A stretch of DNA of 64,000 nt from Candidatus Bathyarchaeota archaeon (GCA_963811105.1 CAWEPZ010000011.1:512001-576000), one strand, 5' to 3'; shown: positions 1 to 9,370, counted from the first letter of the stretch. The notes: generated by a model from the letters alone, not told the origin. Numbers and translations are program-made.

Positions 1-639
1 ATTGTATCGCCACTGCTATCATTGAAATATCAAGATGCATTATTTGCCTTCGACATAATCCAGTTTATGCTATTACCCTTAGCGTCTTACATGCTGTACA
101 AACTCTTGGATAATAAGCACGTTGCAATCACTCTCGTGGTTATGGCTATTGCGTTGCTACTTCCATTCCCAACCGTAAAATGGGGTTTATCGCCAAGCTA
201 CTATTGGCAGTGGGGTGAAGGACAAGCCAAAGTATTCGTTACCTTTTTGCTTATCCTCAGCTTTTATCTAGGCAAACAGGGCAAGCCTATCCTGTCGGGT
301 ATTGCATTGGCTTTTGGGTTCTTTGACCCAAGGTTCGGATTACTGGCAATGCCGTTATTTGTAATGTACAACCGCAAAAACCTAAAAACTGCAGCAGTAA
401 GTGCAATTGGCTCTTTAGCAGTGTCAAATTTGATGCTGCTATACCCGGGGATGGCACCTAATTTCTTAAACATGGTTTTTGCTTCAGCCGTAACCACGCC
501 TCTCTATTATTACTCCCTAATACCGCTCTTTACTCTATTGGCTTTGATTGTAGTTAACTTTAAAGAAGTGGTGGCTTCCATTGATTATAAAGGAACATTT
601 GCCAGTTTTACTGGTGTAGCAAAAAAGCAAGAAAACTAA
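1..639 (+). CDS. Polytopic membrane protein, GT87-like glycosyltransferase C-terminal part (5'-partial)
   Basis: Frame open from base 1; many hydrophobic segments and a 'WQWGEGQAK' motif resembling the GQ motif of GT87 enzymes. Confidence 0.5.
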   Translation: MVSPLLSLKYQDALFAFDIIQFMLLPLASYMLYKLLDNKHVAITLVVMAIALLLPFPTVKWGLSPSYYWQWGEGQAKVFVTFLLILSFYLGKQGKPILSGIALAFGFFDPRFGLLAMPLFVMYNRKNLKTAAVSAIGSLAVSNLMLLYPGMAPNFLNMVFASAVTTPLYYYSLIPLFTLLALIVVNFKEVVASIDYKGTFASFTGVAKKQEN

Positions 640-972
640 CCCATCCAATTACTTGATCGATGTTTTGAAAACATTATGACTGCACGGGATCAATATCGCT
701 CCGGGAAATTATAGCGCCAAATGCAAGCCAGTAATTGAGCCCAATCTTATCCAAAACGTCAATTGCCGCCTCATTAGCACCAAAAAATATAGGAAGCACT
801 GCTAAGATCAAGCCCAAAAATTTTCAGTAAGATCTGCAGTTTTTTTCCGAAATCCATAAGTTTATTTCTGTCGAGAGAAACGCTTAACCAAATCTTTGAA
901 TAACTTTTATTATTAAGAGTACTGAATATAAAAGTTGCATACCAAAAAGTTTTGCATTTTTGAGGCGTCTAT

Positions 973-2184
973 TTGAAGCGGTACCTAATCATAACGTTAG
1001 CATTTATTGTTGCCGTAGTGTTGGTTTTGGCTTCATTTGAGTTACTCTTGCCCTATCTTGATCATAAAAGCGAGAGCCAGCAGTTTAAGCAGTCGGGCTT
1101 TCATGTAGGTGTTTCTTTCTGCGGCAATACAACGGCACAAGCAAAACTATTGGTTGATAAAGTGAAGGGCTACACGAATCTTTTTGTTGTGCAGTCTGGT
1201 CCCGTGAGCATAAATGAGACCGCTATGAATGAAATAGTTGATTACGCCGTTGCCTCAGGTTTGGATGTAATTGTCTATTTCGGATTCTTTAATCATAAGT
1301 ATCCATGGCAGGTTCCTTGGCTTGATTATGCGAAGCAACAATGGGGCGACCATTTTTTAGGAATCTATTTGAATGACGAACCGGGAGGACAAACCATTGA
1401 CAACAACTGGATTAGCATCTTTGTACAATTAAAAATTCATAATGCCTCAGAATATTTCCAACATGAACCAGAGATTAATCTTGCCTTGACCAGTTCCCTT
1501 CTCATAGATAACAATTCTGCAGCTTACCACTTCGTCAACGACGTTAAAACCGGTTTAGGCCTAAATGAGCTGCAAAGCCGCTCCATTCACTCTTTCACCT
1601 CTGACTATGCGCTCTACTGGTTTGACTATTTAGGCGGGTATGACACGATTTTTGCGGAGTTCGGCTCCAACCAAAGCAGCACCCAGGCTATGGCTTTGGC
1701 TCGAGGTGCGGCGCGGCTACAAAACAAAACGTGGGGAACCATAATTACTTGGACATATAATCAACCTCCTTACATTGAAAATAGCACAGCAATTTATGAC
1801 GACCTAATTTCGGGTTACCTTGGGGGAGCAAAATATGAAGTAATTTTTGATTACCCACAAATTGATGACAACCCTTATGGCATTTTAACAGACCAACATT
1901 TTTTGGCTTTAGAGACGTTCTGGAATGACATACAGACACTTAAGGTTAACAATGTGCCTGAAGCCGCTTTGGTTCTTCCACACAATTACGGCTGGGCCAT
2001 GCGGGGTCTGGAAGACCCAATTTGGGGTGTGTGGAAACCTGATAGCACTTCAGATCAGATTTGGAATATTTCCCATAGGCTTATCTCCGAATACGGCTTG
2101 AATTTAGATATGATTTATGATGACCAACAGTTCCCATTTCAAGGAAAATACCAACAGATCTACTACTGGAACCAAACTACGTAA
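973..2184 (+). CDS. Membrane-anchored/secreted hypothetical protein (possible glycoside-hydrolase-like TIM barrel)
   Basis: 403 aa, N-terminal TM/signal segment, 'YLNDEPGG' motif, aromatic-rich. Confidence 0.6.
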   Translation: MKRYLIITLAFIVAVVLVLASFELLLPYLDHKSESQQFKQSGFHVGVSFCGNTTAQAKLLVDKVKGYTNLFVVQSGPVSINETAMNEIVDYAVASGLDVIVYFGFFNHKYPWQVPWLDYAKQQWGDHFLGIYLNDEPGGQTIDNNWISIFVQLKIHNASEYFQHEPEINLALTSSLLIDNNSAAYHFVNDVKTGLGLNELQSRSIHSFTSDYALYWFDYLGGYDTIFAEFGSNQSSTQAMALARGAARLQNKTWGTIITWTYNQPPYIENSTAIYDDLISGYLGGAKYEVIFDYPQIDDNPYGILTDQHFLALETFWNDIQTLKVNNVPEAALVLPHNYGWAMRGLEDPIWGVWKPDSTSDQIWNISHRLISEYGLNLDMIYDDQQFPFQGKYQQIYYWNQTT

Positions 2185-2255
2185 CATTATAGACCGAATG
2201 GAACAGCTTTATTAGCTGGTCTACCATAGGTGAATAAGCTAATTGGTGATTATTT

Positions 2256-2525
2256 TTGACCCAAACAGTCTACGGAAGAATAGTGAATTACAGAACAGGC
2301 CCAAAATCACAAACATCGAAAGAGTGCTTAATTGAATTTCAAAAGGTAAATTCTGCATCAATGGTTAGCCAACTTTTAGGGCAAAAAGTCACTTGGAAAA
2401 AAGGCAATTGCACAATTGTTGGAAAAATTATGGGTCCACATGGTAAAAATGGCATGGCTAGAGTAAAATTCACTCGGGGTGTTCCAGGCCAAGCAATAGG
2501 AACAATTGTTGAAACAATAGGTTAG
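2256..2525 (+). CDS. rpl35ae: 50S ribosomal protein L35Ae
   Basis: GRIVNYRTGPKSQ...GKIMGPHGKNG.ARVKF...PGQAIG pattern; GGTGA SD before TTG. Confidence 0.92.
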   Translation: MTQTVYGRIVNYRTGPKSQTSKECLIEFQKVNSASMVSQLLGQKVTWKKGNCTIVGKIMGPHGKNGMARVKFTRGVPGQAIGTIVETIG

Positions 2526-2646
2526 TTTTGTTTCAGGATTAAACATCATCGGATTTCTTGATGAAGCAAAAAAGAAGTTTAATTTTCTTAATGTGTTTTT
2601 TCGTTCTTTAATCCATTGCGGATTTTATTTTTGGCGTGCTACTTTG

Positions 2647-2817
2647 TTATAGTTCGCCTAGGTCTTCTGTTTCATAAACGTAGTCTTGTAAGCAAACTTT
2701 GCCTTCTTTCACATGTACTCTGTAGTCAGCTTCGCAAATCGGGCAAGCTACGATCTCGCCGTCTTTAACACCGTCCTTCTTGAATGTATTTCCACATTCT
2801 GAGCATTTTAAGATAAT
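2647..2817 (-). CDS. LysW-like zinc-ribbon small protein (56 aa, no canonical start; ATT proposed)
   Basis: Manual translation IILKCSECGNTFKKDGVKDGEIVACPICEADYRVHVKEGKVCLQDYVYETEDLGEL*; CxxC..GEIVxCPxC and an acidic EDxGE tail; GAGGCG SD-like motif 6 nt upstream; missing from ORF track. Confidence 0.75.
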   Translation of the reverse strand: MILKCSECGNTFKKDGVKDGEIVACPICEADYRVHVKEGKVCLQDYVYETEDLGEL

Positions 2818-2835
2818 ATTTTTCGCCTCTATTTC

Positions 2836-3141
2836 CTACATTTTTAGGTAGTTATGGTCTCTGAGCCAATCTGATTGGTTTTTTCTGTAGCGCCAAAAGA
2901 TGTCTCCTCTGGTGTCTGATTGAAAATCCCAAGGTGATACTAAAACGACATCTCCTTCCCTTATCCATACGCGTCTTTTTAGTTTGCCTCTGACTCGGCA
3001 TAATCGTTCTTTGCCGTCTTGGCATTTAACCGTGATTCTTTCGGCGCCAAGCATCTTAATTGCTACGCCTAAAACGTCATTTGAGGAAGGCAAAACCATG
3101 CTGTCGAGGTTACCTTCATTTGTAATTTTCCTTTTGCCCAT
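2836..3141 (-). CDS. eif1a: Translation initiation factor aIF-1A
   Basis: MLGAERITVKCQDGKERLCRVRGKLKRRVWIREGDVVLVSPWDFQ signature; start moved to the ATG after the GAGG SD. Confidence 0.95.
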   Translation of the reverse strand: MGKRKITNEGNLDSMVLPSSNDVLGVAIKMLGAERITVKCQDGKERLCRVRGKLKRRVWIREGDVVLVSPWDFQSDTRGDIFWRYRKNQSDWLRDHNYLKM

Positions 3142-3154
3142 TTTTTTAACCCTC

Positions 3155-3240
3155 ATTTGGCTTGCGCCAAATTAATAATCAGAATAGTTTGAGAAAAAGC
3201 AAAAGCGCCCAGTGAATCTGACTCTTCCTCAAAAGATTCT
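3155..3240 (-). promoter_or_regulatory. Structured 5' leader of aIF-1A (GNRA-capped hairpin plus longer imperfect stem)
   Basis: ATTTGGC-GCAA-GCCAAAT (3172-3155) directly before the SD; AGAAT..TTTGAGGA/TTCTCAAA..ATTCT pairing upstream. Confidence 0.45.
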
Positions 3241-3503
3241 AACCGTTAAAACATTATGGCTGTACCGACTATATTAATACAACAACTAAAAAAGACTTTA
3301 TTTTCAAGCATTTTTTTGATTTTACCTTGTTTTTAAACCGATTGGCGGAAAAAAATCTATTTTCAAAAGAACTTTTTTGTATCCATGAGTTTATAAGGGC
3401 GCAGACACAGTCGTTGTTGAAGAGTTTCTTTTATTCTTCGGGTAATCCTATCTGAGTAAATGATTCTTTTCAAAAAATCTAAACGATGAAGAGGTAAATA
3501 GCT

Positions 3504-3638
3504 TTGTGTATGTTAAGAGCAGGTCTAGTCAAAAACTGTCGAAGATGCAAGTCTTCGGTAAGACTAAATTGTGTCTATAGAAAGAAAATAAAACAGAAAA
3601 TGTTTACTGATAATAAGAAAAAGGGCGAAAAAGCTTAA
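3504..3638 (+). CDS. Small basic Cys-containing protein (44 aa)
   Basis: GAGGT SD then TTG; MCMLRAGLVKNCRRCKSSVRLNCVYRKKIKQKMFTDNKKKGEKA*; TTTATAAG TATA-like box near 3390. Confidence 0.45.
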   Translation: MCMLRAGLVKNCRRCKSSVRLNCVYRKKIKQKMFTDNKKKGEKA

Positions 3639-3808
3639 GGTTAACAAACATTTCCTGAGCTTACACTTCTTTTCTCTACTCATTTCCGGTTAAGGCACTA
3701 TGATGCAATCAACGATAGCCTCAAGCTTTTTCAGAAATGGAGATGGATTTGATAGAGAAAAATAGTAATTCTTCAAATTGAAAATCGTATTTTTGAGGTT
3801 GAAGGTAA

Positions 3809-4051
3809 ATAAGGTTAATTAAAGGTTGGAAAAAAATCAGCAATGAAGGCGGCTATGTTAACGAAAATACAGGGCAAACCCTAATTGTAACAAAAAAAGA
3901 GTTTACTGTACATTACCATGTATTGCTCTTTGTTGGAGAGCAGACAACCGAAAAAGAAGGCAAGGCAGTATCGCCAGTGTTTGAAACTAAAGTCAAAGCA
4001 GAAACTTTTGGCATTAACTGGATGGAAAAACACCCGAATGGAATTACATAA
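3809..4051 (+). CDS. Hypothetical 80-aa protein with near-cognate start (ATA/ATT)
   Basis: Stop-bounded frame IRLIKGWKKISNEGGYVNENTGQTLIV...WMEKHPNGIT*; protein-like composition; GAGG/GAAGGT upstream; no ATG/GTG/TTG near the 5' end. Confidence 0.6.
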   Translation: MRLIKGWKKISNEGGYVNENTGQTLIVTKKEFTVHYHVLLFVGEQTTEKEGKAVSPVFETKVKAETFGINWMEKHPNGIT

Positions 4052-4081
4052 CCAAAGTAATTTTGGAGTCTAGCGAAGTAA

Positions 4082-4200
4082 GGTTGGCTTAAGTACAGAC
4101 AAAAAATTCGGGAAGAGGGAGGGGGGAATCGTTTTGTCTGTACTTAAGTTAACCCTTGTTTCGATTCACGCTATAGATTAGATTGAATCTTTTTGCGTGC
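4082..4200. ncRNA. Candidate structured RNA (long stem with polypurine/polypyrimidine loop plus second hairpin)
   Basis: Perfect 17-bp IR CTTAAGTACAGACAAAA (4088-4104)/(4132-4148) around GGGAAGAGGGAGGGGGG; second hairpin CACGC..AGATT..AATCT..GCGTG at ~4167-4199. Confidence 0.45.
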
Positions 4201-4395
4201 TTATTACACTATTAGGCGTCTTGAATGATAAATAATGATGTGACTGTGCATCCACAGTTACAAAGTTTGAATGGTGAATTCTTATTAAAGCTACAATTAT
4301 GTAACCTATTAATCCTCAAATCAGTTTGAACTAAACTTCATTAACTTTAGCAAAAAAAGTTAATGCATTTATAAGCAGCTTTAGGGTTTATAAAC

Positions 4396-4575
4396 ATGGG
4401 AGAATTAGAGTTTTTTACATTTGCAGCGAAGGTGATATTACTGCTAAACTACAAAAATCTTTTCAGAGAATCTTATAAATGCAGAATTTGTACGGCCCAT
4501 TTTGCTAGTCCAGAAGAATTAAGGATCCACAGAATTGTTAACCATAAGGGCCACATGCTAACCATCAAACGTTAA
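4396..4575 (+). CDS. Single C2H2 zinc-finger protein (up to 59 aa)
   Basis: YKCRICTAHFASPEELRIHRIVNH fits C-x2-C-x3-F-x5-L-x2-H-x4-H exactly; true start may be GTG4432 or CTG4441. Confidence 0.75.
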   Translation: MGELEFFTFAAKVILLLNYKNLFRESYKCRICTAHFASPEELRIHRIVNHKGHMLTIKR

Positions 4576-4596
4576 AATGCACAACTTTTTAATTAA

Positions 4597-4836
4597 TTAT
4601 TTAATTATTTCGCCAATCGCGGCTTTTTCTCCAACTTGTGTTAACTTTATTTTCACACAATCTCTTGGCTTGGCTTTTGGCACCATTATGATGTATCCTT
4701 GAATTTTTGACATTCCGTCTCCACTCGGACCTACGTCGGTGATATTTACTAATAATTCTTCTCCTAACTCGAAGGGACATTGCTTCCCGACGTGTTTAAT
4801 CTTGAAATGTCCCCCTCGTACTCTTCTATGAACCAT
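4597..4836 (-). CDS. Single TRAM-domain protein (archaeal RNA chaperone/cold-shock type)
   Basis: GEELLVNITDVGPSGDGMSKIQGYIIMVPKAKPRDCVKIKLTQV. Confidence 0.85.
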   Translation of the reverse strand: MVHRRVRGGHFKIKHVGKQCPFELGEELLVNITDVGPSGDGMSKIQGYIIMVPKAKPRDCVKIKLTQVGEKAAIGEIIK

Positions 4837-4973
4837 GCAAAAACCTTACCTTATTTTGTGTGGTAGATAGAGATGAGGGCTTAAATCTTCCGCAGCCTAT
4901 TATTCTTTTTCATTGGTTTTATTTAGAAAGATTAGTCGAAAGACACCTAAAGGAGTATTCATTTAGTTCTTGT

Positions 4974-5462
4974 TTAGTTTTTCATCAGCCTAAATTCGAT
5001 TTTGCCACATTGTGGACATATGTAAACTATTACATGCAATTCTTCTCCAAGCTTACCTGAGTCCCCAACAAATTTGGGATTCAATCCTTCCCACTCATTA
5101 ATGTTAAACTTGGTTTTTGCTTGTGACATTTCGATGTAACATTCAGAGCAAGTAACTTGGGCGTTTCTATCTTTGTATTTTTCAGGTTTTTTATCATCTC
5201 TAAGCACGTTTTCAGCCTCAGCTTTTTTAGCCTCAATTGCTGGGGAATCAGGTTCAATATTTCCTAAAAATTTGCATGGTGTCACACATTCTCGTCTTGA
5301 CGAGCAAAGGTAGCAACACGTCATCTTCTCGTCATTTTGGCATCGAAGCAACCTACTTGCCTTCGCTTTTTCACTTTCAGAAACAGCGGAACACAATTTC
5401 TCAATTGTTAAGTATTCACAACTATTCGCTAAATCCGACAAATTGCTTTCTTCCTGCTTCAC
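4974..5462 (-). CDS. Cys-rich hypothetical protein with C-terminal zinc ribbon
   Basis: Multiple Cys clusters; CSEC...CPQCGKIEF. Confidence 0.7.
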   Translation of the reverse strand: MKQEESNLSDLANSCEYLTIEKLCSAVSESEKAKASRLLRCQNDEKMTCCYLCSSRRECVTPCKFLGNIEPDSPAIEAKKAEAENVLRDDKKPEKYKDRNAQVTCSECYIEMSQAKTKFNINEWEGLNPKFVGDSGKLGEELHVIVYICPQCGKIEFRLMKN

Positions 5463-5564
5463 AATCCAAATTGCAGTTTCTGCCTATGTGTTTTTTGGTC
5501 AAAGTGCAAAAAACAATGCCGGAATTCAAGTTAATCGAGCACGGTATCAAGTACAATGGCAGAC

Positions 5565-5605
5565 TGGCAGGGATCTAATCTCGAGCCCGCTTTAGACTTC
5601 ACCCT
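5565..5605 (-). repeat. Degenerate tRNA-3'-end mimic (att-like)
   Basis: TGGCAGGGATCTAATCTCGAGCCCGCTTTAGAC resembles the copies at 8080 and 14221. Confidence 0.4.
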
Positions 5606-5733
5606 CAAATCCCTTTTTGTCTTAGAATTATGTGAATACTTTCAAAGAGGTTAACAGGGAAAAAAACCTAAACTAATAATAGAATGACAATCTGAACAGC
5701 TGAATGTTTGAAATAAAAAAAAGGTTATGAAAT

Positions 5734-6030
5734 TCATCGATTGAGTTTTCTTAAGATCAGCAGTCCAATTATTGCGATTGCAATGATAATTGCTATTACT
5801 CCAGCGATTACAGTTGTCACTACGGTGTTGTTGACTGCATCTAAGTTTGCAGGTGCTGTTGTCGGTGAAGCTGAAGCGCTTCGACTACGCCTACTGCGGT
5901 TTCTGCCCATGAACTGCCATAAGATTCATCGCCAGCGAAGGCAGCGGTAACGACGTATTTCCCTGGTATGTCTGGCTTCCAAAGATAATTAAATGTTCCA
6001 CTCATGTCACTTGTAACAGTAGCAATATGT
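5734..6030 (-). pseudogene. C-terminal remnant of a large surface protein (Ig-like segment plus TM anchor), frameshifted
   Basis: TSDMSGTFNYLWKPDIPGKYVVTAAFAGDESYGSSWAET, then shifted frame ..VIAGVIAIIIAIAIIGLLILRK; no N-terminus. Confidence 0.65.
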
Positions 6031-6365
6031 TTTGAGTTTTGAAAAATATTACGGCTTAACCGACACACCAAGTAGGCATTTCATGTATGGATAGTTATGA
6101 TGTTCTTATCCCTCTACCCATTCTGGTTCATTCTATGCTTCGAAACCGGAAAGAAATACAACTTTCCACCGAAGTTCTTCACACTCTTCATTATAGGAGT
6201 CTTGCTGTTGACAATACTTTCAATCATGCAATCGCAAATCCCAGTTTGAAGACGCCGACAATAGCCACATCTATCATGGCTCCGCCTAAAGTTTGGTCAA
6301 TTGAAAAAACTAAGTCGAATCCAGATAGGCTTAAGTCTCCATGTGATTTATCAGAATTTGATCCA

Positions 6366-7388
6366 TTATTTGAAACTCTGTTCAATTTCTCTTCTAGTCT
6401 TGGAGCCTAACTTAATTGGGGCATCCTGTAACCATGGGATATACTCCCATTTCCAAATCATGTTGTTTGCATCATGCTCAGCCATCGCGTGGTTCGATGT
6501 GTTTACAAACACAACAGGATGTTTGCTGTCTACAAAATAGTATTTGACAGGATGTTCGGGCGCCGGTGGAGGAGTTTTGTCTCCGTGAATTGAATCTGAA
6601 TTCATTGCCTCCTCATAACTGTATATCCCTTCGAAGGTAAACCAGTCACTTGCCGGATCCTTCCTGACAAGAATTTTAAATGACTCAAGATCCATCACCC
6701 TACCATAAATTAATCGTCGCAAGCCTGTGTAAATAGAATTCAAGATCCCGTGCTGACGAAGTCTTTCATTGTTAAAAAGAAGGGAGACCTCCATTTCATA
6801 AGATCCGTCTTGGTTGATAGGTCCTTTTGCACAGTGGACTTCGCGAATGAAGTTTTTTAAGGCGTCAACGCTCGGCTGATATATAACTGGTATCATCCTG
6901 TCGTCTTGCACATCCAATTGTACATCGAAAATATTATTTTGGCTCTTCGATGGATGGTCCAACTCATTTACTATCTCAAGGTACAAGCCGTAAATTATTG
7001 AATTTGTGATTTCGACTCCTTCTATTGCCCACTCCCAGATCCAATGTTTATCATCAAGCTGAAAGACCCATCGATTCTTTGGGCCTTCTTTTTTATTTGG
7101 AATATTATTTCTCGCAGTGTACATCTCGGTTTTGGGTTCTGAAGGTTTTCCCGAAATCTCAAAGCCCAGCATGTACCGAAGCATAACTTCTTTTTGCATG
7201 AAACTGCTAAGTATTGTTTGGGTGCTTCTGATAACAATCAAAGACTTATTGTCTAGAGTTCTTGCATAACTAACCGTGCAATTATCTGAGTCCCAAAACT
7301 CTTCCTTACCAGTCCAAGAAAACCTGCCAAAGTAATCAACCTGCCATTTCTTTTCTTTAACGGTGAACCAAACCGGCTTTGAAATCAT
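6366..7388 (-). CDS. Hypothetical protein
   Basis: Long ORF; likely start at MISKPVWF; 'VFVNTSNHAM' motif; function not recognised. Confidence 0.7.
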   Translation of the reverse strand: MISKPVWFTVKEKKWQVDYFGRFSWTGKEEFWDSDNCTVSYARTLDNKSLIVIRSTQTILSSFMQKEVMLRYMLGFEISGKPSEPKTEMYTARNNIPNKKEGPKNRWVFQLDDKHWIWEWAIEGVEITNSIIYGLYLEIVNELDHPSKSQNNIFDVQLDVQDDRMIPVIYQPSVDALKNFIREVHCAKGPINQDGSYEMEVSLLFNNERLRQHGILNSIYTGLRRLIYGRVMDLESFKILVRKDPASDWFTFEGIYSYEEAMNSDSIHGDKTPPPAPEHPVKYYFVDSKHPVVFVNTSNHAMAEHDANNMIWKWEYIPWLQDAPIKLGSKTRREIEQSFK

Positions 7389-8079
7389 TATTATCCTAAG
7401 TAATGTTAAAGCTTGAACTATTTGATGCTTCTTCTTCGAGCCTAATATTAGTTCCAAAAATTGAATTAAATGTCGATATGGTAGGGCTTTTGAGACGTGC
7501 CTCGTATAAACAAGGTGCAATTTCTAAAACTAAATTGAGTTTTCACATATCTTGCAAGTAATTATTTTATTCACGATAAGTAGCCAATCGGATAAAGCAA
7601 AAGTAACATGTTGCATCCACTATCAAATCATTTCGAAATGTTTTTTCATCTTCAAATCCAATATTATGGCTGTCTTTTCGTGCCAACCTGAAGGATCAAC
7701 AAGAGCTTCAGTTTTGTGATTATTGCTTAATCTTTCTAGCCACCCATTTTGCAGGACTTTGTAAAAAGAAAAAGATAGCTCCGAACTCTCCATGTCAGGA
7801 TATCGAAGCTTTACAGAATTAATCATCCTGCATTGAGGTCTATTAAAAAAAGAAGCCATCTAACCAGCATTCCCGGTCAACCGCTGAGGCACCAAATATG
7901 TTTACTTGACTGACTGAGATTCTCCTCCAACCACACTTATCTGTTAGGAGAATTGCCATTTGCATCTTTAATGCCGTTTGCAGTCCAAATTCAGGCTGCT
8001 CTCTTTCGAGGTTAGGATGCACGGAGTAGAAAGTCTCATTTCAAGCTTAATTTTAAAAAATTAGGTGGAATTGTGTGCC

Positions 8080-8116
8080 TGGCGGGGATAGCTATGAGCC
8101 CTCGTTTGAACCCTCG
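8080..8116 (-). repeat. tRNA-Arg 3'-end mimic (att-like cassette boundary)
   Basis: 8085-8116 matches 14225-14256 at 31/32 nt; last 12 nt TTTGAACCCTCG are identical to the tRNA-Arg T-arm (18167-18178). Confidence 0.8.
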
Positions 8117-8275
8117 CGTGGTTTATGCCAATAGCAAAGATGAAAAGCAGAACAAAGCTAATTATCCGAAGTAATTGAAGAGTCATAGTTTAGATATCAC
8201 TTGTAAACCCTTGCGCTTGGTATCAAGCTGCCTTAATTTTTATAGTTGAGAATTAACTTGTAATGGGGGAAGCAT

Positions 8276-9370
8276 TTGCCCAAGCAGACAGCTTTTGATT
8301 CGGATGAGGTTCTGGAAAAGGAGAAACAGGCTCATGAAGTAATAAAAGCGTGCCGAACAGATCGAGGTTTCAACGCTAGCACCCATCTTTATCATCAGCT
8401 TTGGCTAAGAGACCTTGTTTACTCGGAAGATGTCCTGCTACAACTTGGGTACCAAAAAGATGTTGAAAATCACTTGTCCGAATTTGTAACGCTGCAGCGC
8501 AGTAGCGGCCAGATCCCGACCGTTATTGATTACAGTGTAAGCAAAGTGATTCGTCAAAGATATCAGCGCTGCTCAGCTGATGCGGAAATTTTGTTTGTCA
8601 TTGGGATGCAAAAGCTCGTAGCTGTTGGGTGTGACGAGTTTCTTGATGAAAATTTGGAATCGGTGAAATTGTGCCTTCCCTTTATCGAGAATAAGCTGGA
8701 TCCGCATAGGCTTATTCCCGGCATGGATTGGAGGGATGCAATGCCAGTTTATGTAGGCAAGTACCTTTTAGCAAACCAGATGCTGTTGGCTGAAATGTAC
8801 GAATTGCAGGGAAACTTGTCGGCGTCAAATTTGGTTAAGGAAAACGTGAACAAGCTATTTTATTGTGGAGATTTAGGTTGGTATGCGGACAGCATTCATT
8901 GGAGGGGAAATGAGCTAAAACTAGATCGCCATTTTGACTGTCTTGGCAACGCTTTAGCAATCCTCAATGGAACAGCTTCGAAAAAAGTTTCACAAGACAT
9001 ACTTAGGGGGTTTAATGTTGCAAAAACGCCTTTCGGCTACAGAAACATCATGCCATACTACGTGTTCAACAGAGAGAAGGCACTGGCAACATGGTACAAG
9101 ACATGCCGAGTACCGTTTGCCGTATTCCTCAGAAACCGGATTGGCAAATACCAAAACTCAGCGATTTGGCCTTTTGTCGAGATAAGAGTGATTGATGCAC
9201 TAAAAAAATTGCAGACAGAAAATGAAGCTGAAGCAGCAGCTAACATAATGATTAAACGCAAAGAATTCAACGAGTTCTACGATCCAACAACTGGCACGCC
9301 TGAAGGAAGCGAAGGGCAGCTCTGGACAGCAGCCGCAACACTTTTGGTAATTAATTATTTCAGGTCTTGA
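8276..9370 (+). CDS. (alpha/alpha)6 glycoside hydrolase (amylo-alpha-1,6-glucosidase/invertase-like)
   Basis: WLRD, DWRD, YQNSAIWPFV and EFYDPTTGTPEGSEGQLWTAA motifs. Confidence 0.75.
   Translation: MPKQTAFDSDEVLEKEKQAHEVIKACRTDRGFNASTHLYHQLWLRDLVYSEDVLLQLGYQKDVENHLSEFVTLQRSSGQIPTVIDYSVSKVIRQRYQRCSADAEILFVIGMQKLVAVGCDEFLDENLESVKLCLPFIENKLDPHRLIPGMDWRDAMPVYVGKYLLANQMLLAEMYELQGNLSASNLVKENVNKLFYCGDLGWYADSIHWRGNELKLDRHFDCLGNALAILNGTASKKVSQDILRGFNVAKTPFGYRNIMPYYVFNREKALATWYKTCRVPFAVFLRNRIGKYQNSAIWPFVEIRVIDALKKLQTENEAEAAANIMIKRKEFNEFYDPTTGTPEGSEGQLWTAAATLLVINYFRS

Noticed and set aside
2836-2838. Pyrrolysine decoding as an established fact
   Set aside because: No pyl genes or tRNA-Pyl in the window; an in-frame position has a 1-in-3 chance and an SD-linked ATT start is simpler
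6087-6410. 107-aa plus-strand ORF
   Set aside because: No recognisable motif or SD; overlaps the convergent gene end
7623-7990. Minus-strand ORF fragments
   Set aside because: Probably a decayed gene, but no family could be assigned
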